Below are positions 45,440 to 55,143 of a DNA stretch of 64,000 nucleotides, in pieces. The position numbers and the translations under genes are program-made. Source of the stretch: Escherichia coli (lineage in GTDB: Bacteria > Pseudomonadota > Gammaproteobacteria > Enterobacterales > Enterobacteriaceae); assembly GCF_030013595.1 (NCBI RefSeq), contig NZ_CP122768.1. One strand, given 5' to 3'. The notes under the pieces are model-generated. The model saw only the letters and a list, made by a program, of their open reading frames with translations. It made no database searches and was not told where the DNA came from. Each line of letters opens with the position of its first letter. Position 1 is the first letter of the stretch.

Positions 45440-46111
45440 TCAGCGACCAATCACCACAACCTGACCACCATCACCTTCATCTGCTGTGCTGATCTCCTGA
45501 GATACCACCCGCGACCCCACACGCATTTCACCGTACAGAACGGGCAGGACATTGCCCTGGGCAACCATATTATCCAGTGAAGAAAAATAGGTGTTCTGTT
45601 TGCCGTTATCCGTTGTCTGTGTGCGGGGGGTTTTGGGTTTAGGGGCCAGCATCTGCGCCACACCACCGAGCACCATACTGGCACCGAGAGAAAACAGGAT
45701 ACCGGTCATACCACCGGCCCCAATGGCTGCCCCCCATGCTGCAAGGGTGGCTCCGGCAGTAAAGAATGATCCGGCAATGGCGGCAGCCCCCAGAACAATC
45801 TGGAATACGCCCCCTGACTTGGCCCCGGCGACTCTGGGAACAATATGAATCACAGCGCCGTCAGGCAGAGTCTCATGTAACTGCGCCGTTAACCCGGACG
45901 TGCTGACGTCCCGCCCGGCAATCCGTACCTGATACCAGCCGTCGCTCAGTTTCTGACGAAACGCCGGGAGCTGTGTGGCCAGTGCGCGGATGGCTTCAGC
46001 CCCCGTTTTCACACGAAGGTCGATGCGGCGGCCAAATCGTTGCAAATCCCCGTAAAGGCAGATGCGTGCCATTCCCGGTGACGCCAGAGGGAGTGTGTGC
46101 GTCGCTGCCAT
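45440..46111 (-). CDS. I: Tail assembly protein I
   Basis: 223-aa ORF MAATHTLPLASPGMARICLYGDLQRFGRRIDLRVKTGAEAIRALATQL...; overlaps the 3' end of K by about 100 nt in another frame. Confidence 0.9.
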   Translation of the reverse strand: MAATHTLPLASPGMARICLYGDLQRFGRRIDLRVKTGAEAIRALATQLPAFRQKLSDGWYQVRIAGRDVSTSGLTAQLHETLPDGAVIHIVPRVAGAKSGGVFQIVLGAAAIAGSFFTAGATLAAWGAAIGAGGMTGILFSLGASMVLGGVAQMLAPKPKTPRTQTTDNGKQNTYFSSLDNMVAQGNVLPVLYGEMRVGSRVVSQEISTADEGDGGQVVVIGR

Positions 46112-46752
46112 TTGTCGGTGTACCTCTCTCGTTTGCTCAGTTGTTCAGGAATATGGTGCAGCAGCTCGCTGTCACCACAGTAAATGGCGGCATGATTCGG
46201 CACCGATGAACCAAAACAGCACAGCAGCACATCGCCCGGCTGCGCCGCTGACAACGGCACCTGATACAGCCCTGTGGCCTCCAGATTATCCAGATAGAGA
46301 TTCTGACCGTTACGCCACCAGTCATCCTCGCGATGAAAATCCGGCATCTCAATCCCCGCCAGATGGTAAGCATCCCGGAACAGCGTGTAACAGTCCGTCA
46401 CCCCGTGCTCAAAGCGCCGCCCGGTGAGATGCGGCACACAGCGGAACTTGTGAATCGCCCCCCGGCAGACCAGCCACCACGGCAAATCACTCTGCACCTG
46501 CAGCCGCCGGTCAGCCTCACTCAGCCAGGGCAGACCACCGGGATGACTGTGGACCAGTGCCACAATCTCACCCTGCATCTCTGCCTGCAGCCAGTCCTCC
46601 GGAGCCATCCGGAAATAATCCTCCGGCTCACCGGAAATATTCACGCAGGGAAAATATCTTTCCCCCTCCGGCGCTCTCACCACGAAGCCGCACGACTCCG
46701 CTGGCGCACATCGCCGGGCGTGCGCCAGAATCGCTGATTCTGTCTCTGTCAT
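46009..46752 (-). CDS. K: Tail tip assembly protein K (MPN/JAMM plus NlpC/P60-like)
   Basis: ORF 46009..46794; start placed at MTETESAILAHARRCAPAESCGFVV...; contains JAMM-like motif HSHPGGLPWLSEAD. A shorter form starting at MAPEDWLQ (46608) would give the 199-aa length I recall for lambda K. Confidence 0.8.
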   Translation of the reverse strand: MTETESAILAHARRCAPAESCGFVVRAPEGERYFPCVNISGEPEDYFRMAPEDWLQAEMQGEIVALVHSHPGGLPWLSEADRRLQVQSDLPWWLVCRGAIHKFRCVPHLTGRRFEHGVTDCYTLFRDAYHLAGIEMPDFHREDDWWRNGQNLYLDNLEATGLYQVPLSAAQPGDVLLCCFGSSVPNHAAIYCGDSELLHHIPEQLSKRERYTDKWQRRTHSLWRHREWHASAFTGICNDLAAASTFV

Positions 46753-46756
46753 GGGA

Positions 46757-47455
46757 TTACTGCGAAAGTTTGTTAATGGAAAGGAAGCCGCCAAAGTTGC
46801 CGACGTTATTGCGAAACTTACAGCCGCTCAGGCATTTGCTGCATTTATCCTTCGTGATATCGGACGTCGGCTGGTCATATTCATCCGCGACTGCCGGACC
46901 GTGATAACCGCACTCATCACCGCGATAGGTCCAGGTGCAGGTGTTGGCCAGCATGATACGTCCCGGAAAAACAGCGCCATCCGTTTCCGTCGGCGTGGAC
47001 AGTACAAAGGAGGCACTCACCGCGCTCAGTTCGCTGCACTGCTCGATGCGCCAGCGGCTGATCACCTCCTGCTCCGGATCGGCGTCACTGTTTCCGTTGA
47101 CGAAGTTCACCGCATCCAGAAAACGGGCGTAAACCTTACGCCGGACCACCGTTCCGCCGACCAGACTCTGCAGATCTTCCGCCATCCCGGTGACCATACC
47201 GTACAGGTTAGAAACCGTCAGCGTGGGGCGCGTACTGGTGCCTTTGCCATTCAGTTCAAAACCACTCCCCTGAATGGGATACGGCTGATACTGTCGCCCC
47301 TGCCAGGTGACCGGCACACCTTTTTCGTTCTGCTCATTACAGAAAAAATAACGTTCTCCACCGACCTCTGTCAGGTCGATTTCCCAGAGCACCACGCTGG
47401 CCGACTGCTCCGCACGGGTGCATTCATTCAGTGTTTCCTGCCGGATATCCTGCAT
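46757..47455 (-). CDS. L: Tail tip protein L
   Basis: 232-aa ORF MQDIRQETLNECTRAEQSASVVLWEIDLTEVGGERYFFCNEQNEKG...; Cys cluster near C-terminus. Confidence 0.95.
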   Translation of the reverse strand: MQDIRQETLNECTRAEQSASVVLWEIDLTEVGGERYFFCNEQNEKGVPVTWQGRQYQPYPIQGSGFELNGKGTSTRPTLTVSNLYGMVTGMAEDLQSLVGGTVVRRKVYARFLDAVNFVNGNSDADPEQEVISRWRIEQCSELSAVSASFVLSTPTETDGAVFPGRIMLANTCTWTYRGDECGYHGPAVADEYDQPTSDITKDKCSKCLSGCKFRNNVGNFGGFLSINKLSQ

Positions 47456-47784
47456 CAGTTCACCACCTGTTCAAACTCTGCGCTGAACTCAACACGCAGC
47501 ATACTGACCCGCGACGACCATTTTGCGCAGGTCACCTTTATCTGCCGCCACTCATAAGGCGGCGTCCACAGAAAGGCTTTCCAGCCCCCGTGCTCTTCCA
47601 GAAACGACTCCAGTACCGTGGCCTCCTCACGGGGGACAGAAAGCGTCACGCTGTACGTTTTCAGGTTGGCATTCAGCCCGGCAGGCGCTCGCTGGGAATA
47701 GCCATCACCAAAGCGCACCTTTCTTACAGAAGGGGCCGAAGCCACATCCATACCGGGTTTCACTTTCCAGCGGAAGGTTTTCAT
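47455..47784 (-). CDS. M: Tail tip protein M
   Basis: 109-aa ORF MKTFRWKVKPGMDVASAPSVRKVRFGDGYSQRAPAGLNANLKTYSV... Confidence 0.95.
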   Translation of the reverse strand: MKTFRWKVKPGMDVASAPSVRKVRFGDGYSQRAPAGLNANLKTYSVTLSVPREEATVLESFLEEHGGWKAFLWTPPYEWRQIKVTCAKWSSRVSMLRVEFSAEFEQVVN

Positions 47785-50342
47785 CGTCCACCTCCGGAGA
47801 ACAGTCCACCATCACGCATCTGTGTCTGAATTTCATCACGGGCACCCTTGCGGGCCATGTCATACACCGCCTTCAGAGCAGCCGGACCTATCTGCCCGTT
47901 CGTGCCGTCGTTGTTAATCACCACATGGTTATTCTGCTCAAACGTCCCGGACGCCTGCGACCGGCTGTCAGCCAGACTGCCCGGTGTACCGACATAACCA
48001 CCGGTGGCATAGCCGCGCATCAGCCGGTAGAGATTCCCCACGCCAATCCGGCTGGTTGCCTCCTTTGTGAAGACAAATTCACCACGGTGAACAATCCCCG
48101 CTGGCTCATATTTGCCGCCGGTTCCCGTAAATCCTCCGGTTGCAAAATGGAATTTCGCCGCAGCGGCCTGAATGGCTGTACCGCCTGACGCGGATGCGCC
48201 GCCACCAACAGCCCCGCCAATAGCGCTGCCGATACTCCCGACAATCCCCACCATTGCCTGCTTAAGCAGAATTTCTGTCATCATGGACAGCACGGAACGG
48301 GTGAAGCTGCGCCAGTTCTGCTCACTGCCGGTCAGCATCGCCGCCATATTCTGTGCAATACCATCAAAGGTCTGCGTGGCTGCACTTTTTACCTGCGACA
48401 TACTGTCCGTGGCGCTCTCTTCCCACTCACTCCAGCCGGACTTCAGGCCTGCCATCCAGCTCCCGCGAAGCTGGTCTTCAGCCGCCCAGGTCTTTTTCTG
48501 CTCTGACATGACGTTATTCAGCGCCAGCGGATTATCGCCATACTGTTCCTTCAGGCGCTGTTCCGTGGCTTCCCGTTCTGCCTGCCGGTCAGTCAGCCCC
48601 CGGCTTTTCGCATCAATGGCGGCCCGTTTTGCCCGTTGCTGCTGTGCGAATTTATCCGCCTGCTGCGCCAGCGCGTTCAGGCGCTCCTGATACGTAACCT
48701 TGTCGCCAAGTGCAGCCAGCTGGAGTTTGTACTCCAGCGTCTCATCTTTATGCGCCAGCAGGGATTTCTCCTGTGCAGACAGCTGGCGACGTTGCGCCGC
48801 CTCCTCCAGTACCGCGAACTGACTCTCCGCCTTCCACAAATCCCGGCGCTGCTGGCTGATTTTCTCATTTGCTCCGGCATGCTTCTCCAGCGTCCGGAGT
48901 TCAGCCTGAAGCGTCAGCAGGGCAGCATGAGCACTGTCTTCCTGACGATCGCCCGCAGACACCTTCACGCCGGACTGTTTCGGCTTTTTCAGCGTCGCTT
49001 CATAGTCCTTTTTCGCCGCCGCCATCAGCGTGTTGTAATCTGCCTGCAGAATTTTCCCGTCCTTCAGTGCCTTGTTCAGTTCTTCCTGACGGGCGGTATA
49101 TTTCTCCAGCGGCGTCTGCAGCCGTTCGTAAGCTTTCTGCGCCTCTTCGGTATATTTCAGCCGTGACGCTTCAGTATCGCTCTGCTGCTGCGCATTTTTG
49201 TCCTGTTGACTCTGCTGTTCAGCCTTCTTTCTCGCGGCTTCAAGCGCAAGACGGGCCTTTTCACGATCATCCCAGTAACGCGCCCGCGCTTCATCGTTAA
49301 CAAAATAATCATCCTTGCGCAGACTCCAGATGTCGTCCGCTTTCTTAAACGCAGCCTCTGCCTTAATCAGCATCTCCTGAGCGGTATCAGGACGACCAAT
49401 ATCCAGCACCGCATCCCACATGGATTTGAATGCCCGCGCTGTCCTGTCTGCCCAGGTCTCCAGCGTACCCATGTTCTCTTTCAGGCGGCGGGTCTGGTCA
49501 TCAAACCCTTTCGTCGCGGCCTCGTTCGCCGCCTGCAATGCCCCGGCTTCATCGCCGGAACGCTGCAACTGAGCAACATACGCAATCTGCTCCGCCGTCA
49601 CGTTATGGAACTGGCGTGCCATCGCTGTCAGCCCTGACGTCGGGTCTGTGGTCAGCTTCCCGAAGGCTTCAGCGACCTTGTCCACCTCCACGCCGGATGC
49701 AGAGGAGAAACGCGCCACACTCTGGCTGATGGATGCAATCTGAGCCTCACCGCTTACTCCCGCCTTAACCAGTGCGCTGAGTGACTCGCTGGTCTGGTTA
49801 AACGTCAGCCCTGCCGCCTGCCCGGCTCTGGACAGGACCAGCATACGATCTGCCGTCAGACCCGACTGATTGCCGGAAAGGACCAGCGTTTTGTTGAAAT
49901 CGGACAGGGTTGAGTTGCCCTGATACCAGGCATACGCCAGCGCACCGGTCGCCACCGCCAGCGAGGTGGCCCCGACCATCGGCAGGGTGATCGCACCGGC
50001 AAGCCCCCTGAACATGGGGATCATCCCGCCGAAGGAGTCCTTCACCTGACCACCCTGTTGCAGCAGGATCAGCCACGGACTTTGCCCGCCTGCAAGCTGC
50101 GTGGCCACGTCGGTGAACTGCGCAGGCAGCATACGCATGGCAGCTTTATACTGCCCGACGGAAATCCCCGCTTTCTGTGCAGCCAGCGCCTGTCGGCTCA
50201 GCGACTGTTCAACGACTGCCGCTGTTTTTTTCGCATCACTTTCCGTACCGGAAAAATGACGCCTGACTCTGGCCATCTGCTCGTCAAATCTGGCCGCATC
50301 CAGACTTAAATCAACGACCAGATCGCCTACCGGTTCAGCCAT
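47781..50342 (-). CDS. H: Tail tape measure protein H
   Basis: 853-aa ORF MAEPVGDLVVDLSLDAARFDEQMARVRRHFSG...; long coiled-coil-like central region. Confidence 0.95.
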   Translation of the reverse strand: MAEPVGDLVVDLSLDAARFDEQMARVRRHFSGTESDAKKTAAVVEQSLSRQALAAQKAGISVGQYKAAMRMLPAQFTDVATQLAGGQSPWLILLQQGGQVKDSFGGMIPMFRGLAGAITLPMVGATSLAVATGALAYAWYQGNSTLSDFNKTLVLSGNQSGLTADRMLVLSRAGQAAGLTFNQTSESLSALVKAGVSGEAQIASISQSVARFSSASGVEVDKVAEAFGKLTTDPTSGLTAMARQFHNVTAEQIAYVAQLQRSGDEAGALQAANEAATKGFDDQTRRLKENMGTLETWADRTARAFKSMWDAVLDIGRPDTAQEMLIKAEAAFKKADDIWSLRKDDYFVNDEARARYWDDREKARLALEAARKKAEQQSQQDKNAQQQSDTEASRLKYTEEAQKAYERLQTPLEKYTARQEELNKALKDGKILQADYNTLMAAAKKDYEATLKKPKQSGVKVSAGDRQEDSAHAALLTLQAELRTLEKHAGANEKISQQRRDLWKAESQFAVLEEAAQRRQLSAQEKSLLAHKDETLEYKLQLAALGDKVTYQERLNALAQQADKFAQQQRAKRAAIDAKSRGLTDRQAEREATEQRLKEQYGDNPLALNNVMSEQKKTWAAEDQLRGSWMAGLKSGWSEWEESATDSMSQVKSAATQTFDGIAQNMAAMLTGSEQNWRSFTRSVLSMMTEILLKQAMVGIVGSIGSAIGGAVGGGASASGGTAIQAAAAKFHFATGGFTGTGGKYEPAGIVHRGEFVFTKEATSRIGVGNLYRLMRGYATGGYVGTPGSLADSRSQASGTFEQNNHVVINNDGTNGQIGPAALKAVYDMARKGARDEIQTQMRDGGLFSGGGR

Positions 50343-51173
50343 ACCGGACTCCTCCTGCGATCCCTTCTGATACTGTCATCAGCATTACGTCATCCTCCGT
50401 CATGTCCGCCACATCCGGGGAAACGGGGATAACTTCATTCACGTCCGGGCCAAAGCGGACGCCTCCGGCAAGCCCTGCCGCTTTCTGCATCAGCACATCA
50501 TCTTCAGGCTCTTCGTCAGCCTCACGCCGGTTCAGCAGACTGAAATCCAGCGGATGCATATCCGGATCGCTGAAAAACAGGCTGAGCACGGTGTACGTCA
50601 GCCCGGAAAAGTGCATATCCAGCAGAACATCATGAAAATAATGGGTACTGTAAAAGCGGTGCCAGTCGGCATACTCCGTGGATGACATCCCGGCAAGCAT
50701 GGCACGCCAGTCGGGTCGCCCCATCTCGCGCGCCAGTTTCAGGGCAAAGCTCAGCTCACCGTCGAACACTTTCCCGCAGAAACAGGCTCTGCAGGCCCGG
50801 CGTCCTCTGCCTGTTCAGGGGCATCATTCACCACAAACTCATACATACCGGACAGCCGGTACACCACGTTTTCAGCATGAGAAATTGCCTCTGTGGGCCA
50901 GGTGGTAAGCACTTCCTGCTCAATCTGTTTAACGGCTTCATTCATGGAAGGCTGCTTTGTCTTCTGCGGATGGTTATGCCACAGGGACATAGCCACCACA
51001 AAAGCACCGGTTCTGATGGCGTCTTCCACAGTAAACTTCCGGTTGCTGTCTGACTCCGCCTGTTCTGCCTGCCGTTTCATCAGGGCGAGATGCTCAATAC
51101 GCTGCAGGGCTGACAGTTCAGAAAGCGTGACGGTCACGCCGTTATGTTCAAATGATTCGGTTTTCAGGAACAT
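50335..51173 (-). CDS. T: Tail assembly chaperone G-T fusion, made by programmed -1 ribosomal frameshift at 50769-50775
   Basis: The -1 frame ORF 50335..50769 continues from the G frame at a GGGAAAG slippery heptamer located at the end of G. Confidence 0.85.
50751..51173 (-). CDS. G: Tail assembly chaperone G
   Basis: 140-aa ORF MFLKTESFEHNGVTVTLSELSALQRIEHLALMKRQAEQ... Confidence 0.9.
   Translation of the reverse strand: MFLKTESFEHNGVTVTLSELSALQRIEHLALMKRQAEQAESDSNRKFTVEDAIRTGAFVVAMSLWHNHPQKTKQPSMNEAVKQIEQEVLTTWPTEAISHAENVVYRLSGMYEFVVNDAPEQAEDAGPAEPVSAGKCSTVS
50769..50775 (-). other. Programmed -1 frameshift slippery heptamer G_GGA_AAG
   Basis: Plus-strand ctttccc is the reverse complement of GGGAAAG; GGA and AAG are zero-frame codons of G, and the -1 frame matches the T ORF. 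Confidence 0.85.
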
Positions 51174-51188
51174 CGCTGACTCTCCGGA

Positions 51189-51929
51189 TTAACTGTCGGT
51201 GACAGTGATTTCTGCAACCGCAGCAAGTTCACCATTACCGGATACAACCGGAATGTTGACCTTACCTGCAGCAACGCCTTTCACGGTGATGGTCATACCA
51301 CTGACCGACACGGTGGCTTTTGTTTTATCCGCAGACACCGCACGAAAGCTCTTGTCGGTTACGCCCTCCGGCTGGAAGGCCACGGTCAGCGTGGTGCTCT
51401 GCCCTTTCACCACCGAGGTGCTGGCAGGCGTCACGGTCATGCCGGTTGCCGCTGTTACCGTGCTGCGATCTTCTGCCATCGACGGACGTCCCACATTGGT
51501 GACTTTCACCGTGCGGGTGATCACTTCCTTCGCCGTCACCGCCTTACCGATACTGCTGACCCAGCCACGGAACACATCGACCGTGCCGTTCGGGAAGCGG
51601 ATTTTATAGGCACGGGTATCGCCTTCATTAAACCACGCCAGCAGCGCCTGCTGCCCCTGCTCTCCGGGCATCCACGCCAGCGTGAAGCTGGTATCTCCGG
51701 CAGATTTCTGCCCCTGCCCGGTCGCAGTCCAGTCTGCATCTTCATCATCGAGATAGCTGTCGTCATAGGACTCAGCGGTCAGTTCGCCGGGCGTCAGGTC
51801 TTTAACTTTTGCCAGACGCGACCAGTCAACGTCTGAAAGCGGATTCGCATAAGGGTCACCGCTCCCCTTATAAACCCACAGGGTGGTCCCGGCACCTTTC
51901 ACCGGCATTACAGGATTTGGTACAGGCAT
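51189..51929 (-). CDS. V: Major tail protein V
   Basis: ORF 51189..51959; start taken at [33 protein letters not shown]... (246 aa); C-terminal Ig-like region. Confidence 0.9.
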   Translation of the reverse strand: MPVPNPVMPVKGAGTTLWVYKGSGDPYANPLSDVDWSRLAKVKDLTPGELTAESYDDSYLDDEDADWTATGQGQKSAGDTSFTLAWMPGEQGQQALLAWFNEGDTRAYKIRFPNGTVDVFRGWVSSIGKAVTAKEVITRTVKVTNVGRPSMAEDRSTVTAATGMTVTPASTSVVKGQSTTLTVAFQPEGVTDKSFRAVSADKTKATVSVSGMTITVKGVAAGKVNIPVVSGNGELAAVAEITVTDS

Positions 51930-51936
51930 AGCGTCC

Positions 51937-52332
51937 TCACATTTCATAGGTAATGACATAAGTCAGATCGGCTGAACTCCACAGGCCCGCATCATCGTCG
52001 CGCCGGTAGTCATAGCCGCTGGCCACCATACTGGTGATCAAATCTGACAGTGCCGGGATATCGCTCATCACCGGATAAATCCGGGACTCCATCCACGCAT
52101 CCAGCTCTGAATCCGGCACCTGAGCAGGCAGGAAAACTTCGATATGCAGCTCCGCCTGCCAGGTATCGCTGTCCAGCTCTTCGCCCGTGTATTCAGCGCC
52201 GGTGAGATAAACGGCAACTGCCGGAAAATCCGCCTCATCAAAAACAGCGGGGCGACCATCAAAAAACGTCGCCCCGGTGTCATGCTTCTCCAGTGCATCC
52301 AGTACGGCTGCACGGAGTTCAGTATGTTTCAT
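51937..52332 (-). CDS. U: Tail terminator protein U
   Basis: 131-aa [55 protein letters not shown]... Confidence 0.95.
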   Translation of the reverse strand: MKHTELRAAVLDALEKHDTGATFFDGRPAVFDEADFPAVAVYLTGAEYTGEELDSDTWQAELHIEVFLPAQVPDSELDAWMESRIYPVMSDIPALSDLITSMVASGYDYRRDDDAGLWSSADLTYVITYEM

Positions 52333-52907
52333 CGCTTTATTACCATCCTCAGTTGATGCTGCAGCGCATAGCCCAGCTCTTTCGGAAGACGTTCACGCCG
52401 TATCCGCTCAATATTTTGTTTAAACGCCGTGGTCAGCGGCACCGCCATCGGGATTTTCACCACATCAATGGGGTAACGGTTTTTCCCGGCCACACGCTGC
52501 ATGACATGCCACCGGCCATTTTTCAGTTGCTGAATAAACGCGCCGGGAATACGACGGTTTCCCACCACAAGCACGCTGCCGCCACCTTTCAGGGCTGAAC
52601 GCTGCCCCTTTTTACGACGCCTGCGTCGGGACAGGACAATCCGCGCGTTACCCAGCTTTATTACGGGCAAATCCCCCCGGTTAACCTTGATTCTGGCCTG
52701 CGGATTTTTGACCGTGGCCCTTTTCAGCCTGGCCCTTTCCTTTACCAGTTTCCGGCGTACCTTTGTCTCACGGGCAACCTGTGACGCCGACTGCGATATC
52801 GCGGATGAAGCAACGCGGTTAATGGCCATTGCGGCGGCACCGGGCACCGCCGTTCTGCTGATACGGCTGAGGTTTTCAACGGCCTGCTCAAGACCTTTTA
52901 TGGCCAT
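52329..52907 (-). CDS. Z: Tail completion protein Z
   Basis: 192-aa ORF MAIKGLEQAVENLSRISRTAVPGAAAMAINRVASSAISQ... Confidence 0.95.
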   Translation of the reverse strand: MAIKGLEQAVENLSRISRTAVPGAAAMAINRVASSAISQSASQVARETKVRRKLVKERARLKRATVKNPQARIKVNRGDLPVIKLGNARIVLSRRRRRKKGQRSALKGGGSVLVVGNRRIPGAFIQQLKNGRWHVMQRVAGKNRYPIDVVKIPMAVPLTTAFKQNIERIRRERLPKELGYALQHQLRMVIKR

Positions 52908-52918
52908 ACATCCCCCTT

Positions 52919-53272
52919 TCAGCGGCGACGGTTAACGGCAGGCGGTACGCCCCGCCCAAGCCAGAGATGACAGCTTCCGCCATCATCCGGCGAAATCCGG
53001 TCCACCCAGAAGTTTTCCTCGCCGATGGTCAGTGTGTCTCCACGCCGCAGCTGCCGCACATCATCAGTCCGGACAAACAGGGACGGGCTGGAGCCTTCAA
53101 CGCGCACCCCCTGTCCGGCATAGCTGATATTTTCAGGGTCATCAAAAACACCACGTATCACAGCACCGGACAGCTCACCGGATGTCATGGTGGCTGACGT
53201 TCCCATGTACCCGCGTATCGTTTCATCGGCGCGGGCAATGGCAGCATCGAACAGGTTATCGGAATCAGCCAC
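52919..53272 (-). CDS. FII: Head-tail connector protein FII
   Basis: 117-aa ORF MADSDNLFDAAIARADETIRGYMGTSATMTSGELSGAVIRGVFDDPENI... Confidence 0.95.
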   Translation of the reverse strand: MADSDNLFDAAIARADETIRGYMGTSATMTSGELSGAVIRGVFDDPENISYAGQGVRVEGSSPSLFVRTDDVRQLRRGDTLTIGEENFWVDRISPDDGGSCHLWLGRGVPPAVNRRR

Positions 53273-53283
53273 AGCGCCTCCCG

Positions 53284-53679
53284 TTATTGCATTCTGGCCA
53301 GGCCATGTTCTGTCATTTCGGCTGCCACACCGGCAGAGACACGAAACGCCGTTCCCGGCAGCACAAATGCCACAGGCTCATCCCGCGTGGCGTGAAGTGC
53401 ATCAGTATGCAGCGTCACCAGTGCCACGACCGTGACCAGAGCAGCCGTATCAATCACGGTATCCGGCTGCGCTGATACCACCTCATTTTCATGCCCGGTC
53501 AGCGCATTTTCCGGGCTGACAGATGTGTCCTGACCGGCAGCGTCATCCGTGTCATCAAGCTCCTCTTCCAGCTCTGCCACACGGAGTGCCAGTTCTTCTT
53601 TCGTCCCCGTCAGGCTGACATCACGGTTCAGTTGCTCACCCAGCACCTGAAGACGGGCAATCAGTTCATCTTTCGTCAT
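53284..53679 (-). CDS. FI: DNA-packaging protein FI
   Basis: ORF 53284..53718; start taken at MTKDELIARLQVLGEQLNRDVSLTGTKEELALRVAELEEELDD... Confidence 0.9.
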   Translation of the reverse strand: MTKDELIARLQVLGEQLNRDVSLTGTKEELALRVAELEEELDDTDDAAGQDTSVSPENALTGHENEVVSAQPDTVIDTAALVTVVALVTLHTDALHATRDEPVAFVLPGTAFRVSAGVAAEMTEHGLARMQ

Positions 53680-53720
53680 GGACTCCTCCACAGAGAGAAA
53701 ATGGCCCCGAAGGGCCATGA

Positions 53721-54746
53721 TTACGCCAGTTGTACGGACACGAACGCATCAGGGTCAGCCAGCAGCATCAGCGGTGCTGACTGAATCATGGTGAACTCAC
53801 GCGCCGGATCGCCGGTGGTCACCCAGTTTTTCGGGTAGCGGGCAGAGGCGTTAATACCTTCGCGCTGTGCGTCCGCATCCTGAATGCAGCCATAGGTGCG
53901 CAGACCGCGTGCCTGAGTGTTCCCCAGCACCATCGTGTTGTCCGGAAGGAAGTTCTTTTTGACGTCGTTTTCCACATACTGTCCGGAATACACGACGATC
54001 GCCGTATCGCCATACATCCCCTTATAGGACACCGCTTCGCCCAGGTCTTTTACCGCTGTCTCCAGCTCGGAATTAGAGCCGCGACGGGTATCCAGCTTCT
54101 CCCTGACGGCTTTGAAGGAACGGAACAGCGCCCAGCCTTTCGGATCAAACACGATGATATTCACCACACCGCTGGCGTTCAGCGCGTAGGCTTCGATATC
54201 GTCGGTCGGGTCATACGTGGACTTGTCACGCTTGCTCCACTCCGTACCGCCGGACTGCGTGATGTTGTTCGCCACACTGCGGCCCATATCCACTTCAACC
54301 GGATCGAAGGCTTCACCGGTCATGGTGTATTTGCCCTTAAGCACGGCAGAAACTGCCTGCATCTCTTCGACCTGAGCAATGGCCAGCTCTTCGTCTCGCA
54401 TGTTCTGCAGGATGATGCGACGGCGGCGGTAAGCCGGGTCCGCCAGATTCTGTGGATCTTCATCCGGCAGGCGACGCAGGGTCATCTGCGGATTCACCTC
54501 ATGCTTGGGTTTGACATATCCCGGTGTAAATTCAGAGGTGGAGCCGCCACGGGAGCGGATAACCTCACCGGAAACAATCGGCGAAACGTACAGCGCCATG
54601 TTTACCAGTCCCGGAATTTGTGAGAGATAGACTTTCTCCGTGGTGAAGGGATAGCTCTCACGGAAAAAGAGACGCAGAAACAGCGGATCAAACTTAAATT
54701 TCTTCTCATTTGCCGCCAGCAGCTGGGCGGTTGTGTACATCGACAT
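53721..54746 (-). CDS. E: Major capsid protein E
   Basis: ORF 53721..54773; start taken at MSMYTTAQLLAANEKKFKFDPLFLRLFFRESYPFTTEKVYL... (341 aa). Confidence 0.95.
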   Translation of the reverse strand: MSMYTTAQLLAANEKKFKFDPLFLRLFFRESYPFTTEKVYLSQIPGLVNMALYVSPIVSGEVIRSRGGSTSEFTPGYVKPKHEVNPQMTLRRLPDEDPQNLADPAYRRRRIILQNMRDEELAIAQVEEMQAVSAVLKGKYTMTGEAFDPVEVDMGRSVANNITQSGGTEWSKRDKSTYDPTDDIEAYALNASGVVNIIVFDPKGWALFRSFKAVREKLDTRRGSNSELETAVKDLGEAVSYKGMYGDTAIVVYSGQYVENDVKKNFLPDNTMVLGNTQARGLRTYGCIQDADAQREGINASARYPKNWVTTGDPAREFTMIQSAPLMLLADPDAFVSVQLA

Positions 54747-54801
54747 AAAAAAATCCCGTAAAAAAAGCCGCACAGGCGGCCTTTAGTGATGAAGGGTAAG
54801 G

Positions 54802-55134
54802 TTAAACGATGCTGATTGCCGTTCCGGCAAACGCGGTCCGTTTTTTCGTCTCGTCGATGGCAGCCTCCGGCCAGAGCACATCCTCATAACGGAACGTGCC
54901 GGACTTGTAGTACGTCAGCGTGGTGCTGGTCTGGTCAGCATCAACCGCCAGAATGCCAACGGCAGCACCGTCGGTGGTGCCATCCCACGCAACCAGCTTA
55001 CGGGTGGAGGTATCCAGCATCAGCGGGGTCATTGCAGGCGCTTTCGCACTCAATCCGCCGGGCGCGGTTGCCGTATGTGCCGGGTCACTGTTGCCCAGCG
55101 GCTGGTAATGGGTAAAGGTTTCTTTGCTCGTCAT
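54802..55134 (-). CDS. D: Head decoration protein D
   Basis: ORF 54802..55140; start taken at [41 protein letters not shown]... (110 aa). Confidence 0.95.
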   Translation of the reverse strand: MTSKETFTHYQPLGNSDPAHTATAPGGLSAKAPAMTPLMLDTSTRKLVAWDGTTDGAAVGILAVDADQTSTTLTYYKSGTFRYEDVLWPEAAIDETKKRTAFAGTAISIV

Positions 55135-55143
55135 AAACATCCC

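Noticed and set aside
46751-48690. Plus-strand ORFs of 268, 221 and 172 aa
   Set aside because: Antisense to the L, M and H tail genes, which are strongly supported; no independent evidence.
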